From: an uncultured cyanobacterium
Lineage (GTDB): Bacteria > Cyanobacteriota > Cyanobacteriia > Phormidesmidales > Phormidesmidaceae
Length of the DNA: 64,000 bases
Direction of reading: 5' to 3'
NCBI GenBank assembly: GCA_963793265.1
Contig: CAWBZI010000005.1
Span: 352,001 to 416,000, forward strand
The position numbers and the translations under genes were made by a program. Each line of letters starts with the position of its first letter. Position 1 is the stretch's first letter. Shown piece by piece: positions 38,452 through 47,796 of the stretch. The notes below the pieces were generated by a model. The model was not told the DNA's origin. It was given only the letters and a program-made list of their open reading frames with translations, and searched no databases.

Positions 38452-40349
38452 CTGAGTTCGGCGGGAGGGGCACCGCCAGAGTTAAGCACCCCTAACAATT
38501 TGCCTGTGAGTAATGTCAGCGTGTTTGTTGGTCGCGATGACGACTCGCGGGCGGTGGATGCTTTGCTGATGGAAAATCAGCAGGCTAATATTGCGGCGGC
38601 TGTGGGCATGGGCGGCGTGGGCAAAACGGAGCTGGCTTTGCAGTATGCGCGGTGGCGCGGCGAGGCGTTTGCAGGTGGGGTGTGCTGGCTGCGAGGGATA
38701 GAGCCGATTGCCTCGCAGATTGTGGGTTTTGCGCAGGCTTATTTGAATTTGGATGTGCCGGAGCAGGTGGATAATCCGGTGGCCTGGTGCCTTCAGCGGT
38801 GGCCGAATACGGGAGCCAGAAAAGGGCCGGTGCTGATGGTGGTAGACGACGTGCAGGACTATGGCGCGCTGAAGGCGATGCTGCCGAGTAGCGGGCGGTT
38901 TCGGGTGCTGCTGACGACGCGGCGGGCGATTTTGCCAGTGGGGCAGCGGTTGGCGCTTGCGGTGCTGATGCCGGGGGCGGCGCTGTTGCTGCTGAAAAGC
39001 CTGGTGGGTGCGGCGCGGGTTGAGGCGGAGATAGCAGAGGCAGCGGCGCTGTGCGAGTGGGTGGGGCGGCTGCCGCTGGGCATTGAGCTGGTGGGCTGAT
39101 ATTTGTCGGAGCGGCCTGAGCTGACGGTGGCGAGGTTGTGATACAGCGGCTAGAAGATAAGCGGCTGGCGGCTAGGGCGCTGATGGAAACGCATCCAGAG
39201 ATGACGGCGACGTTGGGCGTGGCGGCGGCGTTTGAGGTGAGCTGGGAGCCGCTGTCGGCAGAGGCAAAGATGCTAGCCGGGCTGTTGGGGCTGTTTGCGG
39301 CTGCGCCTGTGGCGTGGGAATGGGTGCAGCGGGCTTGCGAGCAGGCGGCGGTGCTGGATGAGGAAGCTTTAGAAGATGGGCAGGCGGCGTTGCTGCGGGT
39401 GAATTTGCTGCAAAAGCAAGGGGTGCAGGGTGAATTGCGCTATCAGGTGCATCCGCTGGTGCGGGAATCCTTTGGGATGAAGCGAGCGGATTTGGCAGAG
39501 GCTGAGGCTTTGCAGCGGGGCTTTGCGAAGGCGATGACGGATGTGGCGAAGGCGATACCGCCAGTTGTGACGCTAGATGTACGAGCGTGGGTGGTCGTGG
39601 CTGTGCCGCATTTCGAAGAAGTGACGCAGCGGTGGACAGAGGTTTTGAGCGGCGGTGACAAAACTTGGTGCTGTACGGGACTATCGCGGTTTTATGAAAG
39701 TTTGAGCCAGTGGGACGAGGCGGAGCAGAGCTATAAGAATGCCCTCAAAATTAGTAAAGAGCAGTTAGGCGATCGCCATCCTGACACCGCTAGTAGTCTG
39801 AATAACTTGGCGTTACTGTATCGTTCGCGGGGCCAGTATGCAGCCGCAGAACCGTTGTATGTAGAAGCGCTGGAAATCTGCAAAACAGAGCTGGGCGATC
39901 GCCATCCTGCCACCGCTACGAGTCTGAACAACTTGGCGTTACTGTACGAGTCGCAGGGCCAGTATGCCGCCGCAGAACCGTTGTATGTAGAAGCGCTGGA
40001 AATCTGTAAAACAGAGCTGGGCGATCGCCATTCTGTCACCGCTACAAGTCTGAACAACTTGGCGGGACTGTATCGTTCGCAGGGCCGGTATGCAGCCGCA
40101 GAACCGTTGTATGTAGAAGCGCTGGAAATTAGCAAAACAGAGCTGGGCGATCGCCATCCTGACACCGCTGGAAGTTTGTTCAATTTTGCCGCGCTTTACT
40201 ACCAAACCCAGCGACATCAACAAGCCCTATCTTATATCCAACAGGCCTTAGACATCTACGTTCAAAAGCTAGGTTCCGAGCATCCAAATACACAAGCCGC
40301 CCATAGCTGGCTTCTATCCATTCAACAGGCAATTGATGGGTCTGCGTAG
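38452..40349 (+). pseudogene. NB-ARC + TPR (bacterial NLR) pseudogene
   Basis: PNNLP...FVGR, GMGGVGKTELA, VVDDV, LLTTR and LPLGIEL motifs; in-frame TGA at 39097; 2-bp frameshift near 39138; C-terminal LGDRHPDTA TPR repeats. Confidence 0.88.
39769..40170 (+). repeat. 126-bp near-identical tandem TPR-coding repeats
   Basis: HIP1-containing GCGATCGCCAT recurs at 39769, 39895, 40021 and 40147 (period 126 bp = 42 aa). Confidence 0.92.
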
Positions 40350-40363
40350 CTAACTTGTCATTC

Positions 40364-40714
40364 TTACTTTGAATCTACGATCTCTTTTAATTCTCGAACA
40401 GCTTGTTCTAACCCTGGCAGGTAATTCTCTACGGCATCCCATATCCTTTCCATATCAATGCCTCTTAAATAATCATGAACCAACACGTTCCGAAAACCTG
40501 CGAGTGCTCTCCAATCAACATCTGGCGCACTTGCTTTCAAATCATCAGAGAGTCTTTGAGTCGATTCTGCCATCGTCTGCAATCGCCGTAATACCGCATC
40601 TTGAATCAGTACATCGCTCAAAAAGTCAGACTTACCACCTCTGGTATAGTCACGAATCAGCGCAGCGCATTCTGCAATATACTTTAAATGGACAAGGCTA
40701 TTCCCATCAGTCAT
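40364..40714 (-). CDS. HEPN (DUF86/HepT-like) RNase toxin
   Basis: RNVLVHDY Rx4H-Y motif; ATG 40714 overlaps the MNT stop codon (ATGA). Confidence 0.9.
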   Translation of the reverse strand: MTDGNSLVHLKYIAECAALIRDYTRGGKSDFLSDVLIQDAVLRRLQTMAESTQRLSDDLKASAPDVDWRALAGFRNVLVHDYLRGIDMERIWDAVENYLPGLEQAVRELKEIVDSK

Positions 40715-41001
40715 AGTGGCCGCGCTTCTGCTAAAACCTGCTCTCGAATTAATGGACTGATTCCGTTTTCTGTCAGTATGTCTACCTTTCGCCCCAACAA
40801 ATCCTGCCAATCCATCAGCAGCCCACCCGGAAACCAGGGCGTTGTCTTCTCCCGATCGTAATCAATCAGAAAATCAATATCACTCTCTGAAGTCTCCTCA
40901 CCCCTCACTACTGAGCCAAACACCCGCACATTGGACGCACCATGGCTTGCTGCAATCTGCAAAATCTCGGCTCGTTTTTCGTGCAAGGTGTCTAATAGCA
41001 T
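40711..41001 (-). CDS. Minimal nucleotidyltransferase (MNT/MntA-like) antitoxin
   Basis: VFGSVVRGEE..SDIDFL motif and LLGRKVD. Confidence 0.92.
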   Translation of the reverse strand: MLLDTLHEKRAEILQIAASHGASNVRVFGSVVRGEETSESDIDFLIDYDREKTTPWFPGGLLMDWQDLLGRKVDILTENGISPLIREQVLAEARPL

Positions 41002-41090
41002 AAGGGCATCTACCTTTTTAACTCAACAGCAACGTTGCTCCTTCAAGTATACAAGGGTCGATCTAAACATACGTGTTCAGCCCGCAACAG

Positions 41091-42521
41091 TTACTGCGGC
41101 TTCGGCTCGTAAAAGATAGTTTCAATCGGCTGAGAGTAGGCAGGCGGCTTAGTCACCAAACGGTTAGACCGCTCGTACAGAGAGTTCGACTGCTTTTTAC
41201 CATATCCAAACAGGGTGTCAACGTCTCCAGAGTCCTCTTGCTTTGAGGGTTGATAGAACGTGTCTTTTTGAAACTGATAAGCCGTTTGGTATAGCGTCTT
41301 TTCAACGCCGTTAATTGTGGTTAGATTAGAGCGATCGCCTCCCCGAACAGGCCGATAGAAGTTATCTGAATGCTGCGTTTGCTTAATGCGATCGCCACCC
41401 CTATCATCCGCTACACCATAATCCAACGCTGCCAAAGATTTAGGCTGCAACAGCTTTGAAGCCTGGTAAGTCAGCGTAGGATTTTCACTAGAGGCAATCC
41501 AATTGTTCTTCCAGTTTTCCGACACACTGTTGATATCAAAGCCTGCTGCCCTCTGAAAATGCCATAGGCCGCCCTGCAAAAAGAAAAAAGCCAGGTAGAA
41601 GTGAGCATTGGCTAGCCATACACGAGTCGTATAGCCGTCGGCCAGGGTCGGTTGAGCCTCAAAATAGCGCGGTAGCAGTAACGGTCTGAGTTCTAGGGTG
41701 GGGCCATAGAATTTCTCGGGATAGGCCAGCGAGTCGAAGCCGCAGTACAAGGAGGCCGCAAAGCCTGCGATCGCAATACCAAACAGTGAATAAGCTAAAA
41801 TCCCGTCTCCCGAGAAAAAGAAAACCTGCTTAACCCACTGAAAGGGAGGCACCAAAATATGCCAAATGCCACCGACGAGCAGCAGAGCGGCGACATAGAT
41901 ATGGCCACCCACAAGATCTTCAAGACTGCGAACATCAAACAGATGCGTTCTGTAGTCCCAAATAACAGCCGGATCGAGGGTCGGAGCGGTAACCAGCCTT
42001 GCTGAGTCCGAGTAAGCATCGTAGAGCCCGCCGAAAAACTGCGCTTTGGCAACGAGCAGCAGTGCGCCCAAGCCCAAAAAGATAAGATGGTGCCCTAAGA
42101 TAAGACCTAGTTTTCCAGCATCTTGCCATTCAAAATGAAATTTCTCGGCTCTGTTGTTGGTGGCTTCTAGGCTAGCGGGTAGCCGCGTATAGTGAAAAAA
42201 GGCCCCAGCCGCTAGCACAGCCGCTGCAACAATGTGAATGGCACCAATTGAAAACCAAACGCCGGTATCAACAATAGCGCCCTGTGGGCCAATGCCCCAG
42301 CCCTCAGTCGCCAGATGCGGCAGCAAGATTAGCCCTTGAGTGTAAATCGGCGCGCTCGGAGAATAAACTGCTAGCTCAAACAGCGTAAAGGCTCCAGCCC
42401 ACAGCATAATCAGCGCAGCTTGAGCTACATGCGCCACGATGAACGTATTGGAGAGATCGATAAATCGGGCGTTTCCAGCCCACCAGGGATATTTTTCCTG
42501 GGCTTTGTTAGAAGCGTACAT
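41091..42521 (-). CDS. isiX: IsiA/CP43-family chlorophyll-binding antenna protein with long C-terminal tail
   Basis: YPWWAGNARF, AHVAQAAL, LILGHHL, LEDLVGGH and WLANAH motifs; follows apcD/apcB paralogues. Start set at ATG 42521. Confidence 0.85.
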   Translation of the reverse strand: MYASNKAQEKYPWWAGNARFIDLSNTFIVAHVAQAALIMLWAGAFTLFELAVYSPSAPIYTQGLILLPHLATEGWGIGPQGAIVDTGVWFSIGAIHIVAAAVLAAGAFFHYTRLPASLEATNNRAEKFHFEWQDAGKLGLILGHHLIFLGLGALLLVAKAQFFGGLYDAYSDSARLVTAPTLDPAVIWDYRTHLFDVRSLEDLVGGHIYVAALLLVGGIWHILVPPFQWVKQVFFFSGDGILAYSLFGIAIAGFAASLYCGFDSLAYPEKFYGPTLELRPLLLPRYFEAQPTLADGYTTRVWLANAHFYLAFFFLQGGLWHFQRAAGFDINSVSENWKNNWIASSENPTLTYQASKLLQPKSLAALDYGVADDRGGDRIKQTQHSDNFYRPVRGGDRSNLTTINGVEKTLYQTAYQFQKDTFYQPSKQEDSGDVDTLFGYGKKQSNSLYERSNRLVTKPPAYSQPIETIFYEPKPQ

Positions 42522-42616
42522 GGCAGTAGGTTTGCAGATTAGGAGTATTCGGGTAGAGGGCCTGCGCTTACGGGCAGACCCTAGACTAAGCAATGACTGA
42601 TAGAAGGTGCGATCGC

Positions 42617-43102
42617 CTATCTCAAACCCGCAATGATGTGATCGAGATAAACGTCCATTTCCTGACCTGCCTCAGCGCCTACCCGTTGAGTCACCACCTC
42701 CTTCATTGCCTGTATGGCTTGAATAGTCGGCTCAATCGGCACGCCGAGTGATGAGTACGTATCCTTCAGGCCATTGAGAATTCGCTCGTCCAAAATAGAC
42801 GTATCGGCAGCCAGCATGGCGTAAGTCGCATAGCGCAAGAAATAGGTAAGATCTTTGAGACAAGCCGCGTAGCGCCGGGTGGGATACATATTGCCACCAG
42901 GGAGCGTAATGTCTTTGTATAGCAGGCTTTTCTCGACAGTTTTGCTAATAATGCTGTCAACACTTTCGCCAATCTTGCTAGCTGCTTTGACGCGCAAAGC
43001 GCCGGTTTCGAGATATTGCTTGAGCTGGTTAAGGTCGTTACTTTCTAGATACTGACCTTTTTCATCAGCCGGATTAATCAAGGACGTAATGGTGTCTTGC
43101 AT
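42617..43102 (-). CDS. apcB3: Allophycocyanin beta-type subunit (low-light paralogue)
   Basis: [27 protein letters not shown]; operon context. Confidence 0.85.
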   Translation of the reverse strand: MQDTITSLINPADEKGQYLESNDLNQLKQYLETGALRVKAASKIGESVDSIISKTVEKSLLYKDITLPGGNMYPTRRYAACLKDLTYFLRYATYAMLAADTSILDERILNGLKDTYSSLGVPIEPTIQAIQAMKEVVTQRVGAEAGQEMDVYLDHIIAGLR

Positions 43103-43154
43103 AGTGGTTTCTAGTTTGTTCTATTCTTGAAAAAACAAGTAAAACGGATAGGCA

Positions 43155-43628
43155 TTAAAAAGAACGCACAAGCTGATCGAAGTAGGGGCCAGCAAGCGCA
43201 GCTTCTTCAGAGCCTAAGCGAGCCATAGCAGCTTGCTTCAGGCAGCGCATTGCCATTTTTAGGTTAGTTAAAGGAACGCCTAGAGAAACGTACATATCGC
43301 GCATTCCATCCAAGCCAATATCTTCTAAGGGCTTAGAATTACCGGCCAGAATGCAATAGCTGACTAAACGGATATACCACCCTTGATCTCGTTGGCAGAG
43401 GGCTGTTTTTTGCTTATCCCCTCTATTGCTAGGCGTATCAGGACACTGGGCCCAGAACTGCTGGCTGCCCTCTTCAACAATCTTTTGTTGGCTTCCTGCC
43501 AGCTTTTGAGCAGCGCTAATTCGCGCACTACTGTTACTAAAAAAGTCTTGAAGCTGAGTCAGCTCAGCGCTCCCTAAAAAACGATCGGCGCGATCCGACT
43601 GAGCAATCACTTTAGCGACAATACTCAT
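43155..43628 (-). CDS. apcD4: Allophycocyanin alpha-type subunit (low-light, red-shifted paralogue)
   Basis: MSIVAKVIAQSD, CPDTPSN, ALCQRDQGWYIRL; operon context. Confidence 0.85.
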   Translation of the reverse strand: MSIVAKVIAQSDRADRFLGSAELTQLQDFFSNSSARISAAQKLAGSQQKIVEEGSQQFWAQCPDTPSNRGDKQKTALCQRDQGWYIRLVSYCILAGNSKPLEDIGLDGMRDMYVSLGVPLTNLKMAMRCLKQAAMARLGSEEAALAGPYFDQLVRSF

Positions 43629-44107
43629 TGACTAAACCTCCTGAGACTTGAATTTATTTTGCTTTAAAGAAGAACGTATTTTTGCGTTGATTCCAGTAAG
43701 ACAAAGCTTTCTGATACTAGACAAATCGTGACAAAGTAGACGATTTTCCCAATCGAGAACCTAGATATATATTCTTTTAGGAACAACATATCCAATGGCT
43801 TGTACTGGCTCAAACACTTATCAAAAGATGTCTGAGTTGATAGGTATTTCTACTTGTCTTTCTTTCACTAACCATAAGAGCCCTCGAACCTATAGGCACA
43901 TTCTGTTAATAAACTAAACACATAAGTTCAAGGATATTTATCTTCGAGTAGAAAATTTTGATGAACCCAATTCTATGGATAGATAAGGAGATAGCCGCGA
44001 TCGCTTTTATAACTCATAGCGGTTTTGCTATTGCCGCGCACGAGTCTATGAAAATACGTGGGTATTTCGATAAAATAAAGCCATGGACTTCGTTGAGATA
44101 TGGACAT

Positions 44108-44638
44108 ATGGCAAAGGTTTTAAAGGTTGCAGAAATAGGGAATCCGGTATTGCGATCGCCCGCCCACCCCATTGAAAACATCCAGTCTCCCACCGTCCAA
44201 AAGCTCATAGACAACCTCATCTACACCGCAAAGAAAACCAACGGCGTCGGCATCGCGGCTCCTCAAGTCTTTGAAAGCAGCCAGCTCTTTATTGTTGCTT
44301 CTCGACCTAATCTTCGCTACCTAAACGCACCCACCATGGAGCCCACACCTATGATCAACCCTAAGATTTTGGCTTTTTCAGATGAGAAAGAGAAAGGGTG
44401 GGAAGGCTGCTTGAGCGTACCGGGGATGAGAGGACTGGTGGAGCGTTCTAAAGAGATTGAAGTGATGTATTGCGATCGCTATGGAAACCAACACCAAAAA
44501 GTATTCACTGACTTTGTGGCTCGCATTATCCAGCACGAATTCGATCATATCAACGGCAAAGTCTTTCTAGACCGCGTAGAGAGTACGCTAGATTTGATGA
44601 GTGACGCCGAATATCATTCGCAAATTGTCTGTGGCTAA
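44108..44638 (+). CDS. def: Peptide deformylase
   Basis: GVGIAAPQV, EGCLS and QHEFDH motifs. Start set at ATG 44108. Confidence 0.95.
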   Translation: MAKVLKVAEIGNPVLRSPAHPIENIQSPTVQKLIDNLIYTAKKTNGVGIAAPQVFESSQLFIVASRPNLRYLNAPTMEPTPMINPKILAFSDEKEKGWEGCLSVPGMRGLVERSKEIEVMYCDRYGNQHQKVFTDFVARIIQHEFDHINGKVFLDRVESTLDLMSDAEYHSQIVCG

Positions 44639-44680
44639 GACCGATGGCGATACTTATATTTATGCGTAGCGATATGCTTG

Positions 44681-45235
44681 CTAGCTAATAATCCAGCTAT
44701 ACACCTCGGCTAAATCATTCAACTGATAGTGCGCGTTTAGGCCGCTAGGGTTCGGCAGTGCCCATACCTGGGTGCCTTCCCAGTCGGGCTGAGGGCCAAT
44801 TTTGGCTTTAGGCTGAGCAAAGGCGATGCGGTAGGCCGTGATGCCTAAGAAGGCCAGACATTTAGGTTTGTATTGATGCACTTTGGCGGCGAGGAGCTTG
44901 CGGCCTTCCTTTATTTCGTCTTTGCTCAGCTCGTCAGCGCGGGCAGTGGCGCGAGGGGCCATGTTGGTGATGCCGTAGCCTAGATCGATCAGGCTAGCGT
45001 CTTCGCGCGGGTCGTACAGGCGCGGGGTGATTCCGGCCTTGTGGAGGGCGGGCCAAAAGCGGTTGCCGGGTCTGCCGAAGTGGTGGCCGATGGCGACGCT
45101 GTAGAGGCTGGGGTTGATGCCGCAGAAAAGGACTTTGAGGTTTGGGGCAATGACATCCGGCATGGTTTCGCCGTGGCAGGCGGCGACTTCGGCTTTGCTG
45201 GGGCCTTTAGCGGGCGCTTTACGTTTTGAGGGCAT
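44681..45235 (-). CDS. mug: G/U mismatch-specific DNA glycosylase
   Basis: LFCGINPS, GNRFW and LPNPSGLNA motifs. Confidence 0.93.
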   Translation of the reverse strand: MPSKRKAPAKGPSKAEVAACHGETMPDVIAPNLKVLFCGINPSLYSVAIGHHFGRPGNRFWPALHKAGITPRLYDPREDASLIDLGYGITNMAPRATARADELSKDEIKEGRKLLAAKVHQYKPKCLAFLGITAYRIAFAQPKAKIGPQPDWEGTQVWALPNPSGLNAHYQLNDLAEVYSWIIS

Positions 45236-45290
45236 GGAGGATGAGGCAGGGTATATGATTATTGTGCACTAGATGCTGTATTACATACTT

Positions 45291-45354
45291 TAGCGATCGC
45301 CCCGCCAAACAAACACGCCTAATAGCGATCGCCCCGCCAAACAAACACGCCTAA
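45291..45354. repeat. 32-bp perfect tandem duplication upstream of argS
   Basis: TAGCGATCGCCCCGCCAAACAAACACGCCTAA x2. Confidence 0.92.
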
Positions 45355-45361
45355 TAACGCC

Positions 45362-47119
45362 ATGAAATCTACGCTAAATGAACTTAAAAAACGTGTGCAG
45401 GCTGCACTAGCGGCTGCGTTTGGTGATGAGTATCAGGGTACCGATCCTATTTTAGTCAGTACGAATAATCCTAAGTTTGGCGACTATCAGGCCAATGTAG
45501 CGATGTCGTTAGCTAAGCCGCTGAAGAGTAACCCGAGAGCGATCGCCACTCAAATTGCCGAAAATCTAGACGTATCAGACTTCTGCGAGCCGCCTGCGAT
45601 CGCTGGCCCTGGGTTCATTAACTTCAAGCTAAAAACTGAGTATTTAGAGGCGCAGTTAAAGAAGGTGCATGGGAGCGATCGCCTCGGCATTGAAAGAGCA
45701 AACCCGCCGCAAAGAGTGATTGTTGAATACCCAAGCCCTAACATCGCTAAAGAAATGCACGTGGGCCACCTGCGCCCGGCAATTATGGGGGAATGCTTCG
45801 CTAGAATCATTGACTTTCAAGGGCACGACCTTTTAAGAGTCAACCATGTAGGCGACTGGGGCACACCCTTTGGCATGTTGATCACCTACCTGCAAGAGGC
45901 TTATCCTGACCCGCAGCAGGCGGCAGAAGCCTCTACTTCTGGCGATTTGGCAACATTTTACCGACAGGCCAAAAAGCGCTTTGATGAGGACGAAACTTTT
46001 AAGGAGAACGCTCGGCAGGCCGTTGTAAAGTTGCAGGCAGGTGACCCGGAGATTTTAGAAGCCTGGGAGCGCGTCTGCAATCTCTCCAAACGAGCGTATC
46101 GTAAAATCTACGATCTGTTGAATATTTCACAAGAGATTGTTGATCGCGGTGAGTCTTTTTACAATCCATACTTACCAGATGTGATTACGGATTTGGATAA
46201 AGCTGGGCTGCTGGTTGAAGACGATGGTGCGCAGTGCGTCTTTTTAGAAGGCTTTACTAACAAAGATGGCGATCCGCTGCCGATGATTGTACAGAAGTCT
46301 AACGGCGGCTACAACTATGCAACAACAGATTTGGCCGCGATTCGCTATCGTGTGACTCAAGATAAAATAGACCGAGTGATATATACCACCGATGCCGGTC
46401 AATCTAATCACTTTACGCAAATTTTTCAGGTGGCGAGAAGGGCCGGTTGGGTGCCTGAAACCGTGTCGCTAGATCATGCGCCGTTTGGACTGGTGCTAGG
46501 TGAAGACGGGAAGCGGCTGAAGTCTCGAACGGGGGAGGCGGTGCCGCTGAAGGCTTTGTTGGATGAGGCGATCGCTCGCACCCGTAAAGATATAGAACAA
46601 CGCTTAGAAGCTGAAGAAAGAACAGAATCAGACGAGTTCATTCAAAACGTGGCTGAGAAAGTCGGTATTGGCGCGGTGAAATATGCAGATCTGAGTCAAA
46701 ACCGTGTAAGTGACTACACCTTTAGCTACGACAGAATGCTTGACTTAAAGGGGAATACGGCTCCTTATATGATGTATGCTTACGTGCGGGTGCAGGGGAT
46801 TAGCCGTAAGGGCGGCGTAGATCTTTCTACGTTAGATGCTGAGCTGAAGCTGACTGAAGAGAGTGAATTTACGCTGGCAAAGCATCTGTTGCAAATGGAT
46901 ATGGTGCTTGATGAAGTAGAAAAAGAGCTGCTGCCTAACCGCCTGTGCCAGTATTTGTTTGAGCTGAGCCAAAAGTTCAATCAGTTCTATGATAAGTGCA
47001 GCGTGCTTCAGGCCGATGAACCTGCGCGCACGTCTAGACTGGTGCTGTGTGATTTGACTGCCAGATCTTTGAAGCTGGGGCTATCGCTGCTTGGCATTGA
47101 AGTGCTCGAACGTATGTAG
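45362..47119 (+). CDS. argS: Arginine--tRNA ligase
   Basis: [32 protein letters not shown] and LGIEVLERM motifs. Confidence 0.98.
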   Translation: MKSTLNELKKRVQAALAAAFGDEYQGTDPILVSTNNPKFGDYQANVAMSLAKPLKSNPRAIATQIAENLDVSDFCEPPAIAGPGFINFKLKTEYLEAQLKKVHGSDRLGIERANPPQRVIVEYPSPNIAKEMHVGHLRPAIMGECFARIIDFQGHDLLRVNHVGDWGTPFGMLITYLQEAYPDPQQAAEASTSGDLATFYRQAKKRFDEDETFKENARQAVVKLQAGDPEILEAWERVCNLSKRAYRKIYDLLNISQEIVDRGESFYNPYLPDVITDLDKAGLLVEDDGAQCVFLEGFTNKDGDPLPMIVQKSNGGYNYATTDLAAIRYRVTQDKIDRVIYTTDAGQSNHFTQIFQVARRAGWVPETVSLDHAPFGLVLGEDGKRLKSRTGEAVPLKALLDEAIARTRKDIEQRLEAEERTESDEFIQNVAEKVGIGAVKYADLSQNRVSDYTFSYDRMLDLKGNTAPYMMYAYVRVQGISRKGGVDLSTLDAELKLTEESEFTLAKHLLQMDMVLDEVEKELLPNRLCQYLFELSQKFNQFYDKCSVLQADEPARTSRLVLCDLTARSLKLGLSLLGIEVLERM

Positions 47120-47133
47120 GCTATCTGAAAGCT

Positions 47134-47796
47134 ATGAGAATTACAAAACTAAGCGTTCGGCCCGTCATGGCGATTTGGCGGCGGTCACTTGCAAAGCTGC
47201 TAGCTTTTTATGATCGCAAGCGCGGAAAGCTGTTCTTTTTCTTTCCGAAGCTGTTCTTTGCCTTTGTATTGGTGAATATGGCCTGCTTTTGGCTAGCGAT
47301 ACTGACCACACACCCCGAAGAATTTGCAGGCGATGAGCGGCTTGAATATTTGCTCATGCAGTTTCCAGTAGGTGTTTTGGGCGCTGTATTCGACAGCTTG
47401 TCGTTCTTTATAACCGTGTGGATTGCGCGCAGGGCGCTGAAAACAACTTCGCTGCCGAGCTATGTGGCGCATTTAAGTATTGATGTGCTGATTGCGATCG
47501 CTGCTACCGGCTGGGTGCTCATGGTGTTCTCAGTATCCGGCTGGCTAGTCGGCACCCTCCTACAGTTTTTCCTACAGGCACCAGAGGCCGCAACGTCTAT
47601 CGCGCAAAGCTCTGCTAAATACGAATCTCGGGCCACCGCAGCGATTCGAGATCCGTTAGGAAAAGAGAATATTAAAAACATCTACTTTGGCGTAATTATG
47701 GGCTTTAGCGCCATGATTCCAACGCTGACCCACCTTTATCTCTCTGCGCAGTCAGTGTTTTTGTATGCCAGAAAAGTAGCTAGGCGTCGGCTTTAG
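47134..47796 (+). CDS. Hypothetical membrane protein
   Basis: About four hydrophobic helices; starts 14 bp after argS. Confidence 0.75.
   Translation: MRITKLSVRPVMAIWRRSLAKLLAFYDRKRGKLFFFFPKLFFAFVLVNMACFWLAILTTHPEEFAGDERLEYLLMQFPVGVLGAVFDSLSFFITVWIARRALKTTSLPSYVAHLSIDVLIAIAATGWVLMVFSVSGWLVGTLLQFFLQAPEAATSIAQSSAKYESRATAAIRDPLGKENIKNIYFGVIMGFSAMIPTLTHLYLSAQSVFLYARKVARRRL

Noticed and set aside
39097..39099. In-frame TGA as selenocysteine
   Set aside because: The position corresponds to an ordinary residue (likely Arg, CGA) and is followed closely by a frameshift, consistent with decay.
39769..40170. 126-bp repeats as a CRISPR array or DGR template/variable repeats
   Set aside because: They are contiguous in-frame TPR-coding repeats with no spacers, no reverse transcriptase gene nearby and no adenine-specific variation.
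41091..43628. FaRLiP (chlorophyll f) cluster
   Set aside because: No rfpABC, chlF, apcE2 or paralogous psa/psb genes in the window. The three-gene layout fits the low-light operon.
43925..43987. Possible 3' remnant of a Uma2-type nuclease gene (KDIYLRVENF...)
   Set aside because: Too short to support without a search.
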